37,333 nt of DNA from Desulforudis sp. (GCA_014859075.1 JACUUW010000001.1:1-37333); one strand, 5' to 3'. Counted from the first letter of the stretch, positions 25,395 through 33,322 are shown. Numbers and translations are program-made. The notes: generated from the sequence alone by a model not told the origin.

Positions 25395-28007
25395 TCACCC
25401 GGACGTTGACGGCAACAGCTGAACCCGTGCCGGAATCCCGGGCACGATTCCGGGTTTTCGGTAAAAAACCACAACCACCCGTAAGGGACAACAGTCCGCG
25501 GTTCCTCCCACGACCCGGTCGACCGTACCGTTAAGTTCTTCACCCCCTACGGTCACCAGCGCCGTCAAGCCCTGCAGTTGCGAAACGGGGAGCGCCCACT
25601 CCTCTAGCAGGATGGATACCTGGAAACGGTCCGGGTCCTTGATGTGGGCCAGCACCACGTCCGGCCGGACCGCCGCGCCTTTTTCGACTAACAGGGCGGC
25701 GACTTTTCCCGCCACCGGCGACACCACCGTGTAGTCCGCCAGCCTCTCCTGGAGGTGCCGCTGGGCCTCGCGCAGGCGGTTCAATTCAATCTGCTCGGCC
25801 TTGAGGCCCGCAAGATCCGCCCCTGCAACCACGCGACCGAGCGGTTGACCAGCCGCCACGGTGTCGCCCTCGGCCACATACAGGTCGGCCAGCCGGCCGT
25901 CCTGTGCCGCACGCACGGGGAATTCTACTTTTTCCACCGCGCACAGCGTCTCCAGCTGGCCGTCTACCGTGTCGAGCACGATCCGCGGCCCAGGTGCTTC
26001 CCGCACTTCACCGCCGGTTTCCGGCCCTTCCGGCTGATCATCGGTGGGCAAAACGCCGCCGTACTCGCGCAGTATCCGCACCCGGAACCGGGTTCCCTCT
26101 TCGCCGGCGCGGCCGCCCGTCACCGGTGAAACCAACACTGCTTCAACCCTGTCGTGCTCCGGCAGGTATAAATCCACCGCCAACCCCTCGTCGAGTAACT
26201 GAAACCCAGGCCCTCCTTGACTCAGCGTGACGTCCAGCAACCGGTCGGAGAGAAGGGTGGCGATAACTGTGTCTGCAGTGACGTCCGCACCCGGCTGCAC
26301 ATACACCCCGGTAACGATCCCGGCCAGTTCGGATTTGAGCTCCAATTCCTTTCCTTGAGACAGACTGCCCATTCTCACCCAGCATTTGTCAATTTCGAAC
26401 TGGAGCTGGGAAAGCGCGAACTCGGTTTCGCGGGAATCAATCCGCAGCACAGCCTGCCCCTCGGTAACCGAGTCACCCGGTTCCACCTCGACCGCCGTCA
26501 CTAAACCGAACTCTTTGCCGTAAAGCTCCCTGGTTGCCGGAGCAACCACACCCTCCCCAACGGCCAGGACATGCTGGTTATTTTGAATTGCGAACACGCC
26601 CCACACGTCGTACTTGTTTATCCACCAGCCCACGGCCATGCCCAAAAACACCAATATAATGACCGTCAGGAGCAGAGTCCGACCCTTAGGTGAGTACCCA
26701 TCCCGGCTGACCTTGCCCCCTATTTGTTCTTTCTCCGGGTTCCGGGTTCGATCCGGTTTATCCTCTCTATAGGCCTTCCCATTACAGGCACCTTCGGCCC
26801 CGGTGTGCGCCCCAGGTGCCGGCTTTCCCGTCTCGGTTTCCCGGGGCTCGCTGTCCGTCGCGGTATCTTTGCGCCGCACGCCCCCCCCGGCCTGTGCTCC
26901 TTCGTCCGCAACCATGTCTTCAGCTATATCCTCCATATCCCCGCCGCCGGCCTCGTTTTCGTAATGTTGAGGACCGGCGGCATTGGCGGCGACAGCACCA
27001 AAACTCATACCCGGTGCCGAACTGTCTTCTTTCATCGGGTCGTCTTCTTCCTCTTCACTTTCCGCCGTCACACCGGTAAGAGTAAGCAGGGCCAGGCTTG
27101 TGTATATCACTGCGGTGGATTCCTTTTCTCCGGCACCCACCCACCGGCCGTCGGGTTGCTGGCAGCTGACCAGGAAATCCGCCATGTAGTCCCGCCGATC
27201 GCGCGCACCGAACATACCCGCAGCAGGCTCCAACATACCCGCGTGCCCAAGACTAAAAAGGTAATGATAATGCCAGCCGTAAGGAACATGTGTACCGGAT
27301 AGGGCGGCGTGGTGAACACCCAGCCGTTCCAACGCCCCGCCGGCCAGATTCCGGGCCTGGGACCGCACCTCCTGATCCGGCGAGGACAGACTGATCGTCA
27401 TCAGGCCGCATAAGGCCCCCGCGGTCATGGCCGGTAAGACAACAGCATCGCTGTTGAGCGGGTGATCACCCGGGCTGTAGACGAAGCTGCCATCCTTGTT
27501 GACGGCGTGGTTTTGGCGGTACCAGGCCAAGGCCCGCCGCCACGTCTCGGGCGGCACCGTTAACCCCCAAGCCCCGGCCTCCCGCAGGGCCAGCAGGGCA
27601 AACTGGGTGTTCGAGCCGTCCGCCGCCTGGGAGTCGCGGCAGTGACCCCAGCCGCCGTAAGACCACAAATGCTCGGGATCAGCGTGCTGGGCTCCAATCA
27701 GCCAGTCCGTGTCCGACTGCGCCCGCCTGAGGATGTCCGGCGTTTTGGGACCGCTAGCCAAGAGCGCCATGATCGTCAAGGCGCGGAAGTGAGTGGAGTC
27801 GGAAGGCCGGCAGTTCAGGATGTAGGCCACCGCGTCGGCCACCGCCGGTGCTGAAGCGGGGAGCCTGGCGGCCAAGAGGGCCATTACGGCAAAACCGGTG
27901 GAACCGGGTCCCCACTGCCCGTAACCACCGCCCGCTTTCTGTTGTGCTTTGAGCCAGAGAGCACCCTTTTCGAGGGCCCGGTCTACCCGTTCCTGAAGAC
28001 TCACCAC
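25395..28007 (-). CDS. Fusion protein: prenyltransferase/squalene-cyclase-like alpha/alpha toroid repeats, acidic linker, one TM helix, tandem HlyD/MFP-like barrel-sandwich units (870 aa)
   Basis: Four Q..(D)GG(W/Y)G-type repeats in the first 320 or so aa. EEEEDD-rich linker. TM segment LLLTVIILVFLGMAVGWWI. Four lipoyl-like hairpins (e.g. VSPVAGKVAALLVEKGAAVRPDVVLAHI) flank two short coiled coils. Confidence 0.8.
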   Translation of the reverse strand: MVSLQERVDRALEKGALWLKAQQKAGGGYGQWGPGSTGFAVMALLAARLPASAPAVADAVAYILNCRPSDSTHFRALTIMALLASGPKTPDILRRAQSDTDWLIGAQHADPEHLWSYGGWGHCRDSQAADGSNTQFALLALREAGAWGLTVPPETWRRALAWYRQNHAVNKDGSFVYSPGDHPLNSDAVVLPAMTAGALCGLMTISLSSPDQEVRSQARNLAGGALERLGVHHAALSGTHVPYGWHYHYLFSLGHAGMLEPAAGMFGARDRRDYMADFLVSCQQPDGRWVGAGEKESTAVIYTSLALLTLTGVTAESEEEEDDPMKEDSSAPGMSFGAVAANAAGPQHYENEAGGGDMEDIAEDMVADEGAQAGGGVRRKDTATDSEPRETETGKPAPGAHTGAEGACNGKAYREDKPDRTRNPEKEQIGGKVSRDGYSPKGRTLLLTVIILVFLGMAVGWWINKYDVWGVFAIQNNQHVLAVGEGVVAPATRELYGKEFGLVTAVEVEPGDSVTEGQAVLRIDSRETEFALSQLQFEIDKCWVRMGSLSQGKELELKSELAGIVTGVYVQPGADVTADTVIATLLSDRLLDVTLSQGGPGFQLLDEGLAVDLYLPEHDRVEAVLVSPVTGGRAGEEGTRFRVRILREYGGVLPTDDQPEGPETGGEVREAPGPRIVLDTVDGQLETLCAVEKVEFPVRAAQDGRLADLYVAEGDTVAAGQPLGRVVAGADLAGLKAEQIELNRLREAQRHLQERLADYTVVSPVAGKVAALLVEKGAAVRPDVVLAHIKDPDRFQVSILLEEWALPVSQLQGLTALVTVGGEELNGTVDRVVGGTADCCPLRVVVVFYRKPGIVPGIPARVQLLPSTSG

Positions 28008-28218
28008 TGATTCCTCCGAGTCATATCCTGATTGTGCTGATTTTCCGTTAAGCCTTCATGAGACTGTTAGTCAATAGATATGTGAAAACCCGCTTCCAGT
28101 TGCCGTGATGTCGAAGCCCTGACTTACAAGATATTTTTAGGAAAATTATGGTTTCAATGGAACGCTGATGGGTAATTTCCATATAATGTATTGCTAAACG
28201 AAAGGGGGGTTGTGGATT

Positions 28219-29061
28219 ATGCCAGAGGAGAAAGGCTCAGTGGTCGCCGAAAACTTGGAAGCACCGGTTTTCGCCGTTCCCCAAAAACATCTGGAAACCC
28301 CTCACACCAATATCGAAAAGGAGGCAAACCCCATGGCAGACGATAAGCTTCGTCAAGTGTGTAACGACCCAAACGAGAACTGTGCCGAATGCTGCGCCAT
28401 CTTCACCGACGAGGAACTGCGTGAAGCATTTGGGTATCAAGAGGAAGTGGCGACCTGTCAGTGCCACGACATCTGCGTACCGGACGTCAAGCTCATTTGT
28501 GTCGAGGAACTCACCCACGAGACCCCGATCCCGGGCATCGACTCCGTGGTCGGCTGCCGGGGCGGCCGAAACATCACCGGCCTACTCACTCTCGAAAGCT
28601 GCCGGGTCTTCTGTGCCCAAGAGACCCTAGTGCAGACCGGCGACATGGCCTGCCTGCAGGTCGATAACGAAGTCGGCATTGAGGTAATCCTGAGCGTCGA
28701 GGTCAATGGTGAAACTGTCTTCCTGGTCATCCGGGATACCATCGAATTTGAATGTGAATTCACCGAGTTCCATGAGTTTCCCAGCGGAGACAGCTTCCAG
28801 GACACCCCGGAAGACAGGGCTGCGTTCATGGACATAATCAAATTCATCGACGGCTCCTGCAAGACCATCATCATCGAATCCTGCGAGGTCGAGAATACCG
28901 AGAATCCCCGGGTCGTCGTCGAACTCAAGGTCATCGACAAGCTGTGGAAACACGAGAACCTGCTGGTGTCGGCCATTCGGCCTTACCCGGATAACATCAC
29001 CGTCAAGCAGGTGTTCAACGCTCTGCACGAGATTCAACCTTGCAGCAACAACAACGGGTAA
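28219..29061 (+). CDS. Stand-alone 16-Cys module protein, paralog of the beta-helix protein C-terminus
   Basis: ATG 28219 lies 9 nt after AAAGGGGGG. An alternative ATG at 28333 lies 7 nt after AAGGAGG. Homology to 23367..24075 starts at VC.DP..NCA.CC. Confidence 0.8.
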   Translation: MPEEKGSVVAENLEAPVFAVPQKHLETPHTNIEKEANPMADDKLRQVCNDPNENCAECCAIFTDEELREAFGYQEEVATCQCHDICVPDVKLICVEELTHETPIPGIDSVVGCRGGRNITGLLTLESCRVFCAQETLVQTGDMACLQVDNEVGIEVILSVEVNGETVFLVIRDTIEFECEFTEFHEFPSGDSFQDTPEDRAAFMDIIKFIDGSCKTIIIESCEVENTENPRVVVELKVIDKLWKHENLLVSAIRPYPDNITVKQVFNALHEIQPCSNNNG

Positions 29062-29072
29062 CAGTCATCCCA
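28357..29072. repeat. Right arm of the inverted repeat (stand-alone module gene)
   Basis: See the left arm. Similarity continues 11 nt past both stop codons (GGGTAACAGTCATCC). Confidence 0.9.
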
Positions 29073-29080
29073 GACGCAAG

Positions 29081-29114
29081 ACCCCAGGCTTGCCAGCAGG
29101 CCTGGGGTTTCTTG
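29081..29114 (+). terminator. Rho-independent terminator after the stand-alone module gene
   Basis: ACCCCAGGC / GCCTGGGGT forms a 9-bp stem, followed by TTCTTGTG. Confidence 0.6.
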
Positions 29115-29150
29115 TGCGGTGACGGGTTGGTCCGAACCTGGGAGCCACCT

Positions 29151-29840
29151 TCAATCTCCGGTACGACGGTCCTGCCCCGTGAGCCAGCCAATAAGCCCCG
29201 AACGACTCTCCCTTTTTTCTGTTTCAATGTCCGCGTTCTCAAGCTCCCCCCGCATCTTCGCGATAACATCCGGGCGTTTCAACTCCCGGGCGATAGTGGT
29301 CTCCAATTGCGCCAACTTGTTCTCGGCAGCGTCCAGCTTCTGCTCGATTCTATCCAACTGCTTCAGCCTTTCATCCAACACGTCCGGTCCAGGCGATTTT
29401 TTTTCGATCACGCCCAGTTCATCCACCTTCTTCTGGAGTGCTTCAAGCAGCCCCAGCTTATTGCCGACCGCCTCAAGGCCGGCATGGATCTGCTCCAGGA
29501 CGGCTTTCTGCTCAGGGCTTCCTACTTCCGTGCGATTCCAGTGCCGCGACTGGCTGAAGGGGGACTGCTTCTCCTGTTGAAGCCTCAGCTCCTTGGCGGC
29601 CTCCGGCGTGGCGCCGACTACGTAGGCTTGTGTCTTTCGCTTTTCATCCCTGCGAACCAGGTTATGGTCCTTCCTTTTCAAATCCGCACAGCCGCCCGCA
29701 GGGCCGGGGCCAGCGTATTTGATGCCATCTTTTGCCTCTTTCCCCCCCCGAGTTATGCCAACGGGTTCACGTTTGGTCACCAAAATACAGGCTGTTTGAC
29801 GGGCAGCAGCATAACGTGGCTTGGTTTTTCCTCGGGCCAT
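29151..29840 (-). CDS. Hypothetical basic/coiled-coil protein (229 aa)
   Basis: ATG lies 7 nt after AAGGAGGG. The C-terminal half is heptad-like (LEEALQKKVDELG..LDERLKQLDRIEQKLDAAENKLAQLE). Confidence 0.6.
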   Translation of the reverse strand: MARGKTKPRYAAARQTACILVTKREPVGITRGGKEAKDGIKYAGPGPAGGCADLKRKDHNLVRRDEKRKTQAYVVGATPEAAKELRLQQEKQSPFSQSRHWNRTEVGSPEQKAVLEQIHAGLEAVGNKLGLLEALQKKVDELGVIEKKSPGPDVLDERLKQLDRIEQKLDAAENKLAQLETTIARELKRPDVIAKMRGELENADIETEKRESRSGLIGWLTGQDRRTGD

Positions 29841-29914
29841 ACATCATCCCTCCTTATCACCGCCTACCTCAATCTATGCCCCGAGGCAAACTTTGGTGAT
29901 AAAGCCTTTACTTA

Positions 29915-29948
29915 CCAAATAAAGAGAGGGCGGTTTCCGCCCTCTCTT
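29915..29948 (-). terminator. Rho-independent terminator after the SRP RNA
   Basis: Minus strand AGAGAGGGCGG-loop-CCGCCCTCTCT followed by TTATTT. Confidence 0.6.
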
Positions 29949-29957
29949 CAAAAACAT

Positions 29958-30227
29958 AGCCGTGCACCTGCCTCTGAACAATGACTTCCGGGCGTTACCG
30001 CCGCAGGTAGCTCGAGTCAGGCACCCTTGCGGCACCCGGAGGACTTCCCTTAGTGCTGCTTCCGTCAGGACCTGACACGGTTCGAGAAACTCCGTCGCGC
30101 AAGACCCAACCGTCAACACCCCTTACGACGGGCGGACCCCACAAGCCAAGCCCTCGGACAGGAATTCAACCCCGCTGTAGCGGATTGCGGGTCACAGGGC
30201 ACCGCTACCTCCCCGTCTAGCACGGCT
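29958..30227 (-). ncRNA. ffs: Signal recognition particle RNA, large Bacillus type (about 270 nt)
   Basis: The minus strand reads AGCCGUGCUAGACGGGGAGGUAGCGGUGCCCUGU...GUCAGGUCCUGACGGAAGCAGCACUAAGGG...GGUGCACGGCU. This is colinear with B. subtilis scRNA, including domain IV. The 5' and 3' ends pair. Confidence 0.85.
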
Positions 30228-30235
30228 AATATTTA

Positions 30236-30452
30236 AGTCGTTGGTCGTCAGTCTTCGGTCGTCGGTGAAGACGGGGGAGTCTTCTCCCATCCCAGACTGA
30301 TACCAGACGATTTGTTGACTTTTTGTGTTACCTACAGACGCGCCGGCCTGACGACCGACCTGGTTCTCACTGAGACAATCAAGCTTTTTTCGGAATGCGG
30401 TTGTCCGCATTCCTTCCGCCAGTCCGACGACGGACCACCGACGACTGACGAC
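30236..30452. repeat. Composite intergenic repeat: inverted GTCGTC-rich ends enclosing hairpin GGAATGCGG-TTGT-CCGCATTCC plus TTCCGCCAGTCCGACGAC
   Basis: The same architecture is seen at 36001..36135. Partial hairpin-plus-tail units occur at 7495..7546, 35857..35900 and 36467..36500. Confidence 0.6.
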
Positions 30453-30461
30453 TAAATCATA

Positions 30462-30551
30462 TGGCGGAGAGAGTGGGATTCGAACCCACGAGGCGGTTAC
30501 CCGCCCACACGCTCTCCAGGCGTGCGCCTTCATCCGCTCGGCCATCTCTCC
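30462..30551 (-). tRNA. tRNA-Ser (anticodon GGA), CCA encoded
   Basis: Cloverleaf built by hand: acceptor GGAGAGA/TCTCTCC, anticodon stem CACGC/GCGTG with loop CUGGAGA, long variable arm, T-loop GGTTCGAATCC. Confidence 0.9.
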
Positions 30552-30638
30552 GGACTACAAAACCTCAGGCTCGTTTTACCACCCGACAATCGGAGAAACC
30601 CCAGAATACCGCACCTCTCCGACCACCGCAGCCTTCTC

Positions 30639-30667
30639 ATTGTACCACTAATCGCGGCTGATTTCAA
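30639..30667 (-). promoter_or_regulatory. SigmaA promoter TTGAAA-N17-TACAAT with TGn extension, upstream of tRNA-Ser(GGA)
   Basis: Read on the minus strand, about 80 nt upstream of the tRNA 5' end. Confidence 0.55.
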
Positions 30668-30849
30668 CTACACCGGTACCAGCCGAATGAGAAGGCGGCG
30701 ACCGTCCGGAGACATCGGGCGAAGGACCGGATAAGGCACTTGCGCACCCGGCTGTAACATTGCGCATATCATACGGCACAGGCAGGCCGTTTGAACGGCC
30801 GGCGCAAGTCCGAACCTCCTGGAATCAGGTTTAGGAGGACGCAGCCCAG

Positions 30850-33288
30850 ATGTCTCTCAGGGAAGCGACCCTCATCAGACTGAGCACACTGACCCAGAAA
30901 TGGCTTAACATCAAGAAGCCTCCCCGCCGGGGCCGCCGTTTTGATCAAAACGTCGTCAGAAAAGCCACCCCCAATTCCTTAGTACTGGCTAACAAAAACG
31001 GGCCAATTCTGGTTAGTCCCTTCAACCAGGGAATTCTTCGGGTCTACCTGCAAAGCGTCCGCCACCGGGAAGCCTGGTGGGAACAGAACTCCTGGGCGGT
31101 CGACCTGGCAAACATCAACCGGGACGGCTGGCGCCTGGAACAGGCCGAGGACGCCACGCTTGCGTTTACCTTGGCCGATGGGCTCCAGGCAAGCTTCTCC
31201 GTTGCCGCACCGGCGGGGCTCATCTCGTACCGGATTGGGCCGGACCTGGTGCTGACCGCACCGCTCCCCCCGCAGACCACGAAACAATGGCTGCTCGTCG
31301 ACAAGCGGCTTCCCCGTCCCGGCGGAGTCCGGGTTTTCGGCCTGGGCGAAAACACGCCCCCCATGGACAAAGCCGGGCAAAGGGTGGTCATGTGGAACAC
31401 CGACAACTCCGCGTACCGGGTCGGGGACACCCCGCTGTACAAGTCGCTGCCCGTGGCCGTATTTCAATACATCGACGGGCCGGCCTTAGGCCTGGTTTTT
31501 GACAACCCGGGTTATGCCGAGTTTGATTTCTCCGCCGACGGCAAAAGGCTGCTGTACTCCGTGAATGACACCGAACTGAGCTACTATCTCCTGTTGGGAC
31601 CATCCCTCCCCGAGGTTATGCGCCAGCTGACCACCCTGACCGGCAACACCGCTCCCTTGCCCAAGTGGGCCTTTGGATACCAACAGAGCCGCTGGAGCTA
31701 CGCGCCCTCCGCCCGGTTACGCGAAATCGCCGCCGAGTTCCGAAACCGGGACATTCCCTGTGACGTCCTCTACCTCGACATCGACTACATGGACCGGTAC
31801 AAGTGCTTTACCTGGGGAGAAGGTTTTGCGGACAGCCAGGACTTGATCCGGGAACTGCACCGCCACGGGTTCAAAATCGTGGTCATTCTCAACCCCGGCA
31901 TTAAAACCGAGCCGGGTTACCACGCCTATGATTCCGGCGTCAGCCGGGGCGTTTTCGTGACGGACCGAAACGGCAAAACCGCCGCCAAGAAGGTCTGGCC
32001 GGGATCCTGCTATTTTCCAGATTTCCTCAATAACTCCGTCGGAGAATGGTGGGCGGAACTAATCCGGGATTTCGCCGCCTCCGGCGTGGACGGCATCTGG
32101 TGTGACATGAACGAGCCTTCCACCTTCGACTGCCGGCGCACGCTGCCCCCGGACGTACAGCACAGGCTGACAGACGGAACGACTTTCCCCCACGGACGCG
32201 TCCACAACGTATACAGCCTCATGATGTGCCGGGCGACCCACGCCGGCCTTCAGGAAAACACCCGATTACCTTACGTCATCACGCGGTCGACTTACCTGGG
32301 GGGGCAACAGTTCGCCGCCACCTGGACCGGCGACAACGCCAGCGACTGGGATCACTTCAAAGCCGGCATACCCATGCTTTTAAACCTCGGTCTTTCCGGA
32401 CAACCGGTGACCGGGCCGGACATCGGCGGCTTCAGGGGAACGCCATCCCCGGAACTGTACGAACGCTGGATCCTTCAGGGCGCCCTCTACCCTTATTGCC
32501 GCACCCACACCAGCCGGGGCACCGGCGACCAGGAACCTTGGTCGTTCGGAGAGAAAGTGGAAGCCAGTGCCCGCCGGGCGATCAAGCTGCGATACCGGCT
32601 CGTTCCCTATCTCTATTCCCTCGCTTACGAGGCCGCCCAAACGGGTCAGCCGATAATGCGGCCGATTTTTTTCCACACGCCCACCGCCGAGACCTTGAAG
32701 CCCGAGTACTACGAAACGGAATTCTTGTTGGGTCCCTGCCTGCTGGTCGCCCCTTTGATGAGCCCCGGCTCGACCCGGACCTACCATCTCCCGCCGGGGC
32801 AGTGGTATTCGTGGTGGTGCCGGAAGGGCCGTCAGGGCGGACAGACTTACCAGACCCGCCCGGACGAAGACACCGACCTGCCGTTGTTCGTACGTGAGAA
32901 TACGGCCATTCCCCTGTACCCGGACCCACTGTCCCACATACCGGGCCGCTCCCTCCCCAGCCTGGAGCTGTTCATCACCGTGACGGGCAAGACCGAAGGG
33001 CTGATCGTAGACTACTTCGACAGGGATTCGCTGCTCGCCTATGCCGTCAAGGCGGCCGTCCGAAACGGTCACCTGGAAATCAGCGTCGACTTGATTCGGA
33101 AGGGCGACGTGCCGGTGGAGTATCAGCCTCCTGAGACCCTCCACTTCCTTTTGAACCACCGCCTCCAACAGGTTGAGTTCGGTTCGTCTTATCGCAGCCA
33201 TTCCGTGGTGCCGGATCCGGCCACCGACCCGTGGACCAGAATCACCGTCACCGGACCGGCGTTCCCTCTCCGGGCCGTTCTGTCTTAA
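30850..33288 (+). CDS. Glycoside hydrolase family 31 (alpha-glucosidase/alpha-xylosidase-like)
   Basis: GIWCDMNEPS nucleophile motif, TWTGDN and GPDIGGF. No signal peptide. Confidence 0.9.
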   Translation: MSLREATLIRLSTLTQKWLNIKKPPRRGRRFDQNVVRKATPNSLVLANKNGPILVSPFNQGILRVYLQSVRHREAWWEQNSWAVDLANINRDGWRLEQAEDATLAFTLADGLQASFSVAAPAGLISYRIGPDLVLTAPLPPQTTKQWLLVDKRLPRPGGVRVFGLGENTPPMDKAGQRVVMWNTDNSAYRVGDTPLYKSLPVAVFQYIDGPALGLVFDNPGYAEFDFSADGKRLLYSVNDTELSYYLLLGPSLPEVMRQLTTLTGNTAPLPKWAFGYQQSRWSYAPSARLREIAAEFRNRDIPCDVLYLDIDYMDRYKCFTWGEGFADSQDLIRELHRHGFKIVVILNPGIKTEPGYHAYDSGVSRGVFVTDRNGKTAAKKVWPGSCYFPDFLNNSVGEWWAELIRDFAASGVDGIWCDMNEPSTFDCRRTLPPDVQHRLTDGTTFPHGRVHNVYSLMMCRATHAGLQENTRLPYVITRSTYLGGQQFAATWTGDNASDWDHFKAGIPMLLNLGLSGQPVTGPDIGGFRGTPSPELYERWILQGALYPYCRTHTSRGTGDQEPWSFGEKVEASARRAIKLRYRLVPYLYSLAYEAAQTGQPIMRPIFFHTPTAETLKPEYYETEFLLGPCLLVAPLMSPGSTRTYHLPPGQWYSWWCRKGRQGGQTYQTRPDEDTDLPLFVRENTAIPLYPDPLSHIPGRSLPSLELFITVTGKTEGLIVDYFDRDSLLAYAVKAAVRNGHLEISVDLIRKGDVPVEYQPPETLHFLLNHRLQQVEFGSSYRSHSVVPDPATDPWTRITVTGPAFPLRAVLS

Positions 33289-33293
33289 CCCCC

Positions 33294-33322
33294 AAAAAGG
33301 GGAGGCGCAACACCGCCTCCCC
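33294..33322 (-). terminator. Terminator between convergent GH31 and DUF1343 genes
   Basis: GGGGAGGCG / CGCCTCCCC forms a 9-bp stem. A TTTTT run follows on the minus strand. Confidence 0.5.

Noticed and set aside
30461-30661. Plus-strand ORFs overlapping tRNA genes (also 35107..35343, 35920..36153 and 36465..36668)
   Set aside because: They begin inside the reverse complement of tRNA genes (MAERVGFEPT... is the T-arm read backwards) and are artefacts of ORF calling.
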